From positions 48,631 through 112,630 of IMG/VR virus record IMGVR_UViG_3300047319_000185: DNA of 64,000 bases; one strand, 5' to 3'. Each line of letters starts with the position of its first letter. Position 1 is the stretch's first letter. Shown in pieces: positions 45,275 through 54,321 of this stretch. This stretch comes from a virus. Both the position numbers and the translations under genes were made by a program. The notes beneath the pieces were generated by a model that was not told where the DNA came from, made no database searches, and saw nothing but the letters and a program-made list of their open reading frames with translations.

Positions 45275-45535
45275 ATGACTGAGCTTGAAATGATGACGCG
45301 CGTTGCTGTTCACCCGCTTGTCGTTAAGTACCGTGGCATGGTTGATGCCTATCGGAAGCGCATGGTTGAGCAGTACGGTGAGGGTTTCGATGGAGAGTGG
45401 ACTGACGTGCATACTCCGGACAACCGTGGATTCACTGTCATGACTGAGGCACAGCGTGCTGAGTACAACAGTCTCCATGAGCGCACTGCGCGTGTCCGCG
45501 CCTCTGTCCGTCGCACTCTGTTCCCCACTTCCTAA
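45275..45535 (+). CDS. Hypothetical protein
   Basis: GGAG RBS. Confidence 0.65.
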   Translation: MTELEMMTRVAVHPLVVKYRGMVDAYRKRMVEQYGEGFDGEWTDVHTPDNRGFTVMTEAQRAEYNSLHERTARVRASVRRTLFPTS

Positions 45536-45558
45536 TAACGTCTTAGAAAGGCATTCTC

Positions 45559-45768
45559 ATGGATTTCACTACCTTTCCCCGATCTGACTCTGCCTACTCC
45601 GTTGTCATTAAGCGGGGAGAGCTTGAGTATGTGAGCTTCGGAAGTGTCTTCAATCTGACTAAGCGTGCGGCTGGACAGTTGACCCGTTCGCTTGCTAAGG
45701 TGGACACGCGGTACAAGAGCGCAAGGGTTCTCAAGAACACTACGGTTCGAAAGGCTGGTTTGCTCTAA
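45559..45768 (+). CDS. Basic hypothetical protein
   Basis: GAAAGG RBS. Confidence 0.6.
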   Translation: MDFTTFPRSDSAYSVVIKRGELEYVSFGSVFNLTKRAAGQLTRSLAKVDTRYKSARVLKNTTVRKAGLL

Positions 45769-46005
45769 TGCGTGGCAAGTATCAGAGTGTAAAGAAGCGC
45801 AAGGCAAAGCTTTACCAGGGTCGGCAGCACGACTTTGACAAGGAGTATCGCCAGACCGGAAGGCGACGCTTCGTGGACCCTAAGTACGTTCACATGACGC
45901 ACAGTGACTTGGAAAGTGTAGACCTTACTAGTTGACTTTTCTCCGACACAGGCTATAGGTTGGTCTGTGTCAGGGGATGGAACACCTAGTCAGAAGGAGC
46001 AAGGA

Positions 46006-46332
46006 ATGTCCCACAAGTTTGAGAACGAGTTTGCTGAGGCTCTGTATGAGCGAAGCCTCAACGGTTTTCATGATGACAGTCTCGGTGACTGTGTCGACTT
46101 CGGTTGGTACGGTCTGTTCCTCAAGGACCACGCGATTCTCAGCGAGAACAACCACGGTTTTGTCACTGTCTCCCGCTTTGACAGTGCTGAGGCAACCGAG
46201 GACGCGTGGGATGAGCTGACCGGAGAGTATGAAGAGTTTGAGGATGAAGCGGAAGAGTCCTTTTATGAGGGTTACGGTCAGTATGATGATGACACTTACG
46301 ACAATGACTCTGATCTGATGAATGAGTACTGA
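46006..46332 (+). CDS. Highly acidic protein (candidate DNA mimic)
   Basis: D/E-rich C-terminal half; own TTGACT-18-TAGGTT promoter. Confidence 0.7.
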   Translation: MSHKFENEFAEALYERSLNGFHDDSLGDCVDFGWYGLFLKDHAILSENNHGFVTVSRFDSAEATEDAWDELTGEYEEFEDEAEESFYEGYGQYDDDTYDNDSDLMNEY

Positions 46333-46448
46333 GAACTAGTGGCTTGACGCACAAAGTGCTCTAGTGGCTTGACAGGGTCAGCCTGCCTGTGTAGGTTGGT
46401 CCTATCAGGTTCCTAGCTAAGTAGGAGCCAAGACAGAGAGGCAAGACT

Positions 46449-47105
46449 ATGGCTGCACGCAAGGCTGTTTCTGCTCCCACGCTTGACACTGACGTTCTGG
46501 TCAAGCTCTTTCAGATCGTTGAGTCCTTTGACTCGACTGAGGAGAATCCCACTGGCACGACTGAGATTGCAGAGGAGAATGGCACGACTCCGACTGACAC
46601 GTTCAACCTGCTGGGTATGCTGGCAGATGCGGAATTGATTGACTCTGTTGGTCGTGGTCTGACTGCTGAGTGGTTCATCAGTGTCCCTGATGTCTCTACT
46701 GAGAATGCTGAGAGTGTGGCACGAGAGGCTCTGACCAACTTCACTCCTGAGACTCCGAAGCCTGCCACTAAGGCCATTCCTAAGCCTGAGAAGGCTATCG
46801 AGTCTGTGACTGGCCTTACTCGTGAGCAGGTGGCTGAGGAGGTCAAGACTGTTCAGGTCGAGATTCCTCAGAATGATGTGAACTTCCCTACTCTCATCAG
46901 TGAGCTTCGCAAGGTACGTGAGAATGCTACGAATGACCCGACTGGCTATGTTGTGCCCGATGAGGTTATTCTTCCGCCGCTTCCCAGTGGTGTGAATGAG
47001 AATACGTGGGATCTCGCCCACAATGCATTCAGCACCAATGCACGTGACACGTTTACTGCCCGACTGTTTTGGATGGAGCGGGCACGGGATCAGTTCGTTG
47101 CCTAG
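46449..47105 (+). CDS. Protein with N-terminal winged HTH-like domain
   Basis: TTEIAEENGTTPTDTFNLLGMLADAELID; TTGACA-17-TAGGTT promoter upstream. Confidence 0.65.
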   Translation: MAARKAVSAPTLDTDVLVKLFQIVESFDSTEENPTGTTEIAEENGTTPTDTFNLLGMLADAELIDSVGRGLTAEWFISVPDVSTENAESVAREALTNFTPETPKPATKAIPKPEKAIESVTGLTREQVAEEVKTVQVEIPQNDVNFPTLISELRKVRENATNDPTGYVVPDEVILPPLPSGVNENTWDLAHNAFSTNARDTFTARLFWMERARDQFVA

Positions 47106-47166
47106 TCAGCTTTAATCGTCTACCGGAAACGGTAGGCGGTTATGGCCTACTAGTTGGAGGAAGTAA

Positions 47167-47376
47167 ATGCGTTCTGGTGATGGTTTCGCTCTTGGTTTTC
47201 TCGCACTATTCCTTATCGTAATGACTGGTCTCATTTCTGGTGAGGTGACTCATGAGAATGACCAGCACACAGCATTCAAGCTGAAGTGTGGTCAGTCGAA
47301 TGGAACAGTGACAGAGACTCGCAACACTGATTTCTGTTTCAATGGCAATGTCCTTCTGTTCAAGATGGACTACTGA
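47167..47376 (+). CDS. Small membrane protein (paralog 1)
   Basis: N-terminal TM + C...G...C motif. Confidence 0.65.
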   Translation: MRSGDGFALGFLALFLIVMTGLISGEVTHENDQHTAFKLKCGQSNGTVTETRNTDFCFNGNVLLFKMDY

Positions 47377-47384
47377 GGAGAGAA

Positions 47385-47672
47385 ATGCGTAAGTGGACTT
47401 TTGGTGACTGGGTAGTATTTGCAGGATTACCTTCGTTAGTAGCAGCCTTTATTGTCCTATGTGTGTATTCGGCTATCACGGATACACATGCATTGGATAA
47501 GCAGTATAAGCAGCAACAGAAGCAAGAGCAGCAGTTCGCCAATACCTTCTATCAGCAGTGTATGAAGGCACATGGTGTCTATGATGTTGGCAGCAATGGT
47601 TACATCTGCTTTGGGGACGGTTCGATTCTATTCCAGAGCGGTTTCTCACAGGATTTGAGTCCGAAGGGATAG
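47385..47672 (+). CDS. Small membrane protein (paralog 2)
   Basis: N-terminal TM + C...HG...C motif. Confidence 0.65.
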   Translation: MRKWTFGDWVVFAGLPSLVAAFIVLCVYSAITDTHALDKQYKQQQKQEQQFANTFYQQCMKAHGVYDVGSNGYICFGDGSILFQSGFSQDLSPKG

Positions 47673-47674
47673 AA

Positions 47675-47878
47675 ATGATTAAAACGCTAGGTGTAAACTT
47701 TTGGGTGTACATTCTCATTGCGATTGCTGCCATAACAGGGATATCGAATGAGGCCCTAAATGTTATTACTACGAATGAGCAGTACTCAGTAATGCACAAG
47801 GCTTGTGACATGGTTCATGGAACAGTCATTGAGGACCATATGTGCGTGCTGAATGGTAAGCCAATCTTCGTCAACTGA
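47675..47878 (+). CDS. Small membrane protein (paralog 3)
   Basis: N-terminal TM + C...HG...C motif. Confidence 0.65.
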   Translation: MIKTLGVNFWVYILIAIAAITGISNEALNVITTNEQYSVMHKACDMVHGTVIEDHMCVLNGKPIFVN

Positions 47879-47884
47879 AACAAA

Positions 47885-47930
47885 GAATCCCCTCATTACT
47901 CTTTAACCGGAGTTGTGAGGGGATTTCTGT
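47885..47930 (+). terminator. Intrinsic terminator
   Basis: AATCCCCTCA..TGAGGGGATT. Confidence 0.6.
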
Positions 47931-48029
47931 GTGTCATGGTGGAAGCTCTGAGAGGCTGTGTATGGCTGTGGGATATCAGGGTCAGTCTCCTTGTCCAGTG
48001 AGGTGACGAGAGGCTGTGAGAGGTGCCTT

Positions 48030-48215
48030 CTAGCCCTTTCCTGCCCCATGGTTGAACTCATGGGTGTGTATGGCTATCGCTTGGATCTGCTTACGGGCAG
48101 TCTCCTTGCTCTGAGGATGCTTACTGAATGTCTTGTCGGTTCCCTTATGGGCCGCCTTGTATCCTCCGGAAACCTTACGAATTTCGTATGGCATTCGGAC
48201 TATCCTTTCTGACAA
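48030..48215 (-). CDS. Small basic phage protein (MPYEIRK type)
   Basis: Likely start MPY after AAAGGA RBS. Confidence 0.6.
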   Translation of the reverse strand: MSERIVRMPYEIRKVSGGYKAAHKGTDKTFSKHPQSKETARKQIQAIAIHTHEFNHGAGKG

Positions 48216-48462
48216 TTGGCTGTTGAACCCGTTGTAGGGCTCTGTGAGACGCTGTTAGAGGTCGGTTGGGGTGTTGTGTCCAACTGGCCACGAAAGGCAC
48301 TCACAGACAGCGTTATGGCCACTGCTGCGACTATGGAGAGACCAGCGCTAGTGCATGTGCGCTTGTCCCAAATACGTTGAGGGGGCATTTAAATTCTCCT
48401 GTAAACGACAATAAGGCTACTCACCATTTTACTCTGGTGAGTAGCCTTACCGTTATATTGAG

Positions 48463-48675
48463 TTACAGGTACTCAGGAAGCTCATCAAAAGTGATGGTAA
48501 CCTTATCTCCCTCAGTGTAAGTACGGTACCGGTTACTGTCGTCAAGAACATTGATTGCGCCCCACTGGTCAGGAGCATAAGCGTCGGACTCCGCAGTATA
48601 AGTTCCCTTGGAATCCTGCACAGTGTCACCCTTGCGAATATCAGTGGGAGACTGACCGGTATACGTGGAAAGCAT
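48463..48675 (-). CDS. Small beta-barrel-like protein
   Basis: GAAAGG RBS; DIRKGDTV. Confidence 0.6.
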   Translation of the reverse strand: MLSTYTGQSPTDIRKGDTVQDSKGTYTAESDAYAPDQWGAINVLDDSNRYRTYTEGDKVTITFDELPEYL

Positions 48676-48763
48676 TGTAAAACCTTTCGTAATGGAGACC
48701 AGCCACTCAGCCAGCCATACCTACCGCCCGATTTCTCGGGAGATAAGTAAAGCTATCTGAATA

Positions 48764-49333
48764 CTAGCTGAACATGTACCATGTGCCATTGAGGTAGGTC
48801 ACAGACATTCCCTCATTCGCCTGAATGTTGTCCAGCGTGGCATCCCAGTCAATCTGAAGAATGGAAGGAAGGGACTCCAGACGACGAAACTCAGACTGGC
48901 CGAAGTACTTACCCGGAACCTCTTCATACAGGTTGGTAAGTTCCATTATCTCAAAGTACTCTTGCGCAATCTCAGCCTTGCTGTCACCCTCATAGCGAAT
49001 GGCGTCTTCCCAGTCACTGAGGTTCCTGAGCCCGTTTTCCTGAACAAAGGCCAGGATAGAACCTGTCTGGTGATCCTCTGCACAGAGAATTTCGAACAAC
49101 TCCAGAGCATCATCAAACGTGACACTACCGGAAACAACCTCATGCTGCCAAAAGTCGTCATAGTGGACGACAATGGAGACAATTTCCCAACCTGCCCGCT
49201 CAGCAGTAGCAGAGATACCCTCAAGAACGAAGGTGGTATCGTGCTCCTCATACAGGTCAACAGAGTGAAAGATCGGACCGTCAAAGTCAGTCTTGCAAAC
49301 AGTGACAGAAATGTGGTCGAAAGACATTTTCAT
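48764..49333 (-). CDS. ardA: ArdA-like antirestriction protein
   Basis: Very acidic; YEGDS.AEIAQEY..E and IDWDA......G.WYMF C-terminal pattern. Confidence 0.65.
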   Translation of the reverse strand: MKMSFDHISVTVCKTDFDGPIFHSVDLYEEHDTTFVLEGISATAERAGWEIVSIVVHYDDFWQHEVVSGSVTFDDALELFEILCAEDHQTGSILAFVQENGLRNLSDWEDAIRYEGDSKAEIAQEYFEIMELTNLYEEVPGKYFGQSEFRRLESLPSILQIDWDATLDNIQANEGMSVTYLNGTWYMFS

Positions 49334-49413
49334 TCTCCCTTTTGCTTCCCCTTTAGGAAGCTAACACCACTCTCCCACAGTGTGAAGAATGATGCAAGCC
49401 CACTACAGTGTTA

Positions 49414-49710
49414 CTAGTCGGTCAGAACGAGAGTCGGGAAGTAGAAGATGGTATCGAATCCCATACTGTCAGTACTGACAGTGTCTGCAATCTCAGCGGC
49501 TGCCTGAGTGGTGTAGATAGGGTCATTCTCCTCATCCTGAACTCGCACAGCCTCATCAAAAGCCAGCAGGAACAGAGCAAACTGAGACAGACTACCGATC
49601 ACTCCAGGACAACTCTTGCCGTACATTCCCCGACCGCTGTAGTCCTCACGAACATCCATGTAGGACTCTTCAGCAACCTCAAGAAACAACTGCCGGTCAA
49701 TCTCGATCAT
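49414..49710 (-). CDS. Hypothetical protein
   Basis: REDYSGRGMYGKSC...DSMG...I.YFP phage family; TTGACA-17-TAGAGT promoter upstream. Confidence 0.7.
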   Translation of the reverse strand: MIEIDRQLFLEVAEESYMDVREDYSGRGMYGKSCPGVIGSLSQFALFLLAFDEAVRVQDEENDPIYTTQAAAEIADTVSTDSMGFDTIFYFPTLVLTD

Positions 49711-50060
49711 TCTGTTTCCCTCTCGTTCGGTGCGATGAGTAGAACTCTAGTTGCTCCGACCGGAGCTGTCAAGTCTGCGGAAGTTGTCATCTCTTGATGT
49801 CTCTGCACACTGCCTACCATCAGGCTTTTTGTGCCAGTGCGGAGAGACGTTATGATTACCGCAGTACTGACATTCATCAAGTAGCGGCAAAGCCTTCTGG
49901 CCACCCCTGTATACATAGGCACTTGTCGGTGCACCATAACTGGACAGTCCAGAGCTTGCCCGCGAACCTCCAGAACGGGCCATGCTCTGATAACTTGTTC
50001 GCTTCGTATAATCCATGTCTGTATCTAAGCATGGACAGAGCACAGCGTCAAGCGGTACTT

Positions 50061-50339
50061 CTAAGGTGTGTACTTGGCTGTTGCACCTATACTGGCACCG
50101 AAGTTCATGACGTGCTTGGAAGGGGCTAGATAGGCGGTCTGACGTGTGCTGAATGCTGTTGCGTGGGTTGCTGCCTGTGCGGCTCCCGGAGTGCTTGCCA
50201 GAGCTGTCTGAAGCTTCGTAGTGGCGTCTGCTACACTGACGCAGGCAATGATCTGAGGATCGCCGTATTCCTGATGGGAGGCGTAGCCAGTAGTGGACTG
50301 CGCAGTAACGCGAGTGTTGTAGATCGTTAGAGTAGGCAT
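50061..50339 (-). CDS. Hypothetical protein
   Basis: AGGA RBS. Confidence 0.6.
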   Translation of the reverse strand: MPTLTIYNTRVTAQSTTGYASHQEYGDPQIIACVSVADATTKLQTALASTPGAAQAATHATAFSTRQTAYLAPSKHVMNFGASIGATAKYTP

Positions 50340-50492
50340 GAATCTTCCTGTCGTTGAGGTTGACTTGTGCTTACTAGTGTACTAGAGTCTGTACCAGCAA
50401 GACGTCAGCGTGTCCCTCCGCTTCTGAGGTGACAAGATGTTGTAAACCAAGCCTGCAATTTTTTAGTTGTCCTATTTGTCTGAAATGAGAAA

Positions 50493-50723
50493 ATGATGTA
50501 TGACATTGTAATGTTCTCAGCAGTTATGGCAGCAGCGGACAGGTTCCGGGAAACTTATGGATATGTGGATTTTCTGGGCCTGTTCAAAGAAGATCAGCAT
50601 GAGTCAATAACAGACATCCTGTATGAGTTTGGTTATGTGGAACATTACTGGACTACACGAATGGATTCTAACCATACGGGTAATCCCAGTATAAAATGGA
50701 CAGACAGAATAAAAGAAAACTGA
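50493..50723 (+). CDS. Hypothetical protein
   Basis: 76-aa ORF followed by a terminator-like hairpin. Confidence 0.4.
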   Translation: MMYDIVMFSAVMAAADRFRETYGYVDFLGLFKEDQHESITDILYEFGYVEHYWTTRMDSNHTGNPSIKWTDRIKEN

Positions 50724-50782
50724 ATAGAAAAAGCCAACCATTATCACTAAGATTCTGGTTGGCTTTTTCGTTATATTATGGG

Positions 50783-51067
50783 CTAATTTCCGATTAAGAG
50801 TTCGTCCCAATTAATGTTTCCGAGGTTCTGTCTTGCAACGAATACAGCTTCAAGAATCAGGTGAAGAGTATCGATCTCTTCTCCGCCGAGAATAATATCC
50901 ACAATAGCGTCGTCATCCTCGTAGGATATCGATACAGTTTCCATATCTGCTGAGAGTGTGATTCCTGAATCAAAATCGGCTACCAGAGTATCACCAGTAG
51001 TAATCTGCTCAACCATGTCATCAAAGATATCTAGCACAGGAAACCTTCCCCGAAACATACCATGCAA
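50783..51067 (-). CDS. Acidic hypothetical protein
   Basis: ORF in operon; start uncertain. Confidence 0.55.
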   Translation of the reverse strand: MHGMFRGRFPVLDIFDDMVEQITTGDTLVADFDSGITLSADMETVSISYEDDDAIVDIILGGEEIDTLHLILEAVFVARQNLGNINWDELLIGN

Positions 51068-51273
51068 TCCGCATCCTCATACTTGTCCATTCCTGTTCCA
51101 TAACAGCTCTGGCACTTCTGCCCCTCTTCTGTGTCGTACCAATCGGCAGACCAGTTGTCATAATCGCTGATGTCGTAGTCAAAGACTTTCTCTTCCTCGG
51201 ACTCTTTACGTCGTGCGACTACTTCTCTAAGAATTTTGATACTCATAGTTACTACTCTTACCTGTCTTCCCAA
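51031..51273 (-). CDS. Small DnaJ-type Zn-finger protein
   Basis: CQSCYGTG and CMVCFGEG repeats. Confidence 0.65.
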   Translation of the reverse strand: MGRQVRVVTMSIKILREVVARRKESEEEKVFDYDISDYDNWSADWYDTEEGQKCQSCYGTGMDKYEDADCMVCFGEGFLC

Positions 51274-52760
51274 ACAACGGCGTCAATAACATTCTCGTCA
51301 AAACCTAGCTGCTTAGCCGCATCCTCTACAGGAACAGCCGCAGGAAGCTCACCAAAGGAGTACTTCGTCATATCCCCGAACAGCGCGTCAAGACTATTGG
51401 CCTTACCCTGCTGCTTGGCAGTGATAGTGAGGGAATAGCCTTCCTGTTCCAGATTGTGCTTCTTTTCTATAAGCTTTCCAAGTCTGTCGATTTCCCCGGA
51501 AAGAATAGGATCTGCACCCTGTCCTTCCATATCTTCTGCGATTTTCATAAAGAAAACACGCTGAGTCTGCATAGATACCAAGGAATTCATAAGAGCTTCC
51601 ACTTGTTCCCTGGTCTCTATCTGAATAGGGATGTCATAGGCACAAGTACTGTTCTCTTCAAACATAGGACACTTGGAGGCAAGGAAGCAAGTATCGCAGA
51701 CACGCATACTCTCACTGCGGATCTTTACCTTGGGGACAAGCACATCTTCCAGTTCACCAGTAACCTTATTTTTTATCTTGTCCGTGGAATAGTCGAAATC
51801 AAGCACTGGAATAACGAGTTTTCTAGAAGGATCTCTAGGTATAGTAGTTGGTGCTCTATTCGGCACCCTTTCTACGACACCACCAACATCGTCATAGTCA
51901 TTTTCCGTAAACTCCTCATCGGAGGTTTGCATTGGTACAGTTACTCCTCTAGTGTTTTTGGCATTAATACTGTTAACCAGTTGTGACCAGGACCACAGAG
52001 ACAGTCTCAGTAACTCTTTAGGGTCCTTGTTCTGAAGCTTGTCATGGTCGAATCCGGCAGCCAGAATAACTGACCGTTCCTTCTTCAGAGCCTGGTCTCT
52101 CATACTACTGGGATATCTCTTCAACTGCTTGTGGGACCAGACGATTGTATCACCATATTTTTGAGGAGTAATCCAAGAAGTGGATGATACAGACTCCCAT
52201 TTTACTGTTTGCATAATATCAGGCTTGGTCATACTCAGTCCATGGAGACCTATTCCTGAGTTTGCCATACGGTTAAGGAGAGGGACGAGATCCCTCCCGT
52301 TGAGATCAGTTTGAAGAACTCCGACACGTCCAAAACGTTCTCCAAGTTCATGGAGACTATCCAGTCCTGTGTCTCCGTGCCAGATCGGTAATACTTTGTC
52401 GAATAACTGATCTCTCCAGCTATCCCTGTTCGACTCAATATATCCAGCACCGAGTTGATATGAGTCGAACTCTGAGAAGTATTCAATTCGATCGATATTT
52501 GAAGAAACCCACTGATAATACTGATTTCCGAGTGCTCTGACGTCATCGTTGCTGTATTTGCCTTCCTTGGCATTGTTAAGTGTCTGGCACCCTGAATCAA
52601 CGAATATATTCAGGGTGCTGTCGAATTTTTTGTCAAGTTGCCAGAGATTTTTAACTCTCTGATGCATACCCATGAAATTAAGGGAGACATCTTTCACATT
52701 CATTTCCAGCATCAGATTACTATATGTCGGAAGGTGCAATCCCTGGTAGTACAGCTTCAT
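51258..52760 (-). CDS. TGT/DpdA-like (tRNA-guanine transglycosylase fold) protein with C-terminal Cys cluster
   Basis: IFVDSG, LPIWH, LHGL and SVSSTSW motifs; CDTC..KCP..C. Confidence 0.6.
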   Translation of the reverse strand: MKLYYQGLHLPTYSNLMLEMNVKDVSLNFMGMHQRVKNLWQLDKKFDSTLNIFVDSGCQTLNNAKEGKYSNDDVRALGNQYYQWVSSNIDRIEYFSEFDSYQLGAGYIESNRDSWRDQLFDKVLPIWHGDTGLDSLHELGERFGRVGVLQTDLNGRDLVPLLNRMANSGIGLHGLSMTKPDIMQTVKWESVSSTSWITPQKYGDTIVWSHKQLKRYPSSMRDQALKKERSVILAAGFDHDKLQNKDPKELLRLSLWSWSQLVNSINAKNTRGVTVPMQTSDEEFTENDYDDVGGVVERVPNRAPTTIPRDPSRKLVIPVLDFDYSTDKIKNKVTGELEDVLVPKVKIRSESMRVCDTCFLASKCPMFEENSTCAYDIPIQIETREQVEALMNSLVSMQTQRVFFMKIAEDMEGQGADPILSGEIDRLGKLIEKKHNLEQEGYSLTITAKQQGKANSLDALFGDMTKYSFGELPAAVPVEDAAKQLGFDENVIDAVVWEDR

Positions 52761-53594
52761 TTACTGGCCTCTTGCTCTGTTTCTCATTTCCATAGCAGAC
52801 TGCTCAAGCATTGATCCCATTGCCCCGATTCCTGATCCCTTTACGTTACGAGATCCTACAGTGAATTCATTGGGTCTGCCAGGTGTGCTGTTGGATGCCG
52901 TTAGATGGGGCAGAATGGCACTACTGGAGCCCGCAGGATGGCTGTGGGTAGGAAAGGGACTGTTGTCCTTTGTAGACGTGTCAGAGAACTGTAGAGAGCT
53001 TCTGGCAGGAGCAGTATGAACAGGTGCAGAAGGTGAATTCTCAATACGATTTACCTGAAATGGATTCGTAGACGGCTTAGGTGCAGATGTAGGCGTATTC
53101 GGTACTTCTGAAACAGAGGAGAACTTAGGTGATGCGTGTGTCTCAGAAGAACGGAACATATTAGCGGGTGGGGAAGTATGTGTCTCTGCACTACTGAATT
53201 GTGGTGAAAGATGCACATTAGGACTATTAGTAGGCATAGCCGGTGCAAATGGATGAGCACCAGAAGCCTGTGAAGTTCTAGGACCAGCAAAAGGAGTCTT
53301 TCCGGATGCCTGAGTTGTTCTGGTAGTAGGGGTTTCTCCAGCAGCTCTCGCCTGACGTCTTGCTCTACCTGCCGCAGCAGCATTCTCACCTAGTGGTCCA
53401 GTTCCAGGAGGAGCTGAGGACATGGTTCTAGGGAACTGAGTAGGCTGTCCTGGATTTGTCGGAGCATTCTGCTTTGCCTTTACTGCTCTTCTAGTCTGTG
53501 CCTGTAGCTTCTTGGCACCACCAGCGAATACATTGTGGCTGAACTGGGAACCGACAACGTGGATAGCATGAAGATTGGGAATAACGTTAACCAT
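52761..53594 (-). CDS. Low-complexity Pro/Ser/Thr-rich protein
   Basis: FSS.ETH repeats; AAGGAG RBS. Confidence 0.7.
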   Translation of the reverse strand: MVNVIPNLHAIHVVGSQFSHNVFAGGAKKLQAQTRRAVKAKQNAPTNPGQPTQFPRTMSSAPPGTGPLGENAAAAGRARRQARAAGETPTTRTTQASGKTPFAGPRTSQASGAHPFAPAMPTNSPNVHLSPQFSSAETHTSPPANMFRSSETHASPKFSSVSEVPNTPTSAPKPSTNPFQVNRIENSPSAPVHTAPARSSLQFSDTSTKDNSPFPTHSHPAGSSSAILPHLTASNSTPGRPNEFTVGSRNVKGSGIGAMGSMLEQSAMEMRNRARGQ

Positions 53595-53602
53595 AGTTCT
53601 CC

Positions 53603-54103
53603 TTAGAAGATTTCTTTCAGTCTAGTGTCCGTTGCTCTTGCCTCTTGCTGTCTGACCTTTTCAGTCAGTAGTTCACTCCAAGGAGTTGGTTCACTAGAGA
53701 ATCCTGGTCTGTGCTCAGGATGCATATATTGTGGATGGATGAACAGGAATGATGGAATTCCTGCCTTCAGCAGAGCAGCAGCAACCTCTGTATTGGACTC
53801 GAATACCAGAGTAAGAGGACCGTTCTTTCTCAGTCTGCCAATCTGGGCTAGTCTTCGGGAAGGAGTATCCTCAGGATCAGCTACATCCCAGTAGATTTCA
53901 TTGACATGATCAGTGAGACTATTTGTGAGAAGCCAGTACTGTACCTTCTCCTTTGCCGCGCTGTCTATAATCAAGGATACTCTGTGGTCCTTGACAAGTG
54001 ACTTGTATAGTAGAAGGCCAGGGATAATCAAAGACTGGTCATTCGGCTGTCTCAGTACTCCTTCCACTACTATGGCTACGTGGTTACTCCATGTCTCAGC
54101 CAT
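53603..54103 (-). CDS. Degenerate HAD-fold protein
   Basis: AIVVEGVL in place of DxDGVL; VFES. Confidence 0.5.
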   Translation of the reverse strand: MAETWSNHVAIVVEGVLRQPNDQSLIIPGLLLYKSLVKDHRVSLIIDSAAKEKVQYWLLTNSLTDHVNEIYWDVADPEDTPSRRLAQIGRLRKNGPLTLVFESNTEVAAALLKAGIPSFLFIHPQYMHPEHRPGFSSEPTPWSELLTEKVRQQEARATDTRLKEIF

Positions 54104-54321
54104 TATTCTTCTTCCACTAGCATATAATTTAGCCTATATATAGGCAAATCATAGAAAATAATAATAATGTGAGAATTGCCCCCATGTGTATTAACCTCTT
54201 TTATTTCATGTACAGTTCCTTTTACTGGCCCATCTGTACCTTCCATCCAGATAGTATCTCCGACTGAAACATTAGCTTTTTCTCTTGCAGTTGCGGGTCT
54301 ATAGTTCATATTATGCTCCAT
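54103..54321 (-). CDS. Small hypothetical protein
   Basis: VGDTI..KGTV beta motif. Confidence 0.55.
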   Translation of the reverse strand: MEHNMNYRPATAREKANVSVGDTIWMEGTDGPVKGTVHEIKEVNTHGGNSHIIIIFYDLPIYRLNYMLVEEE

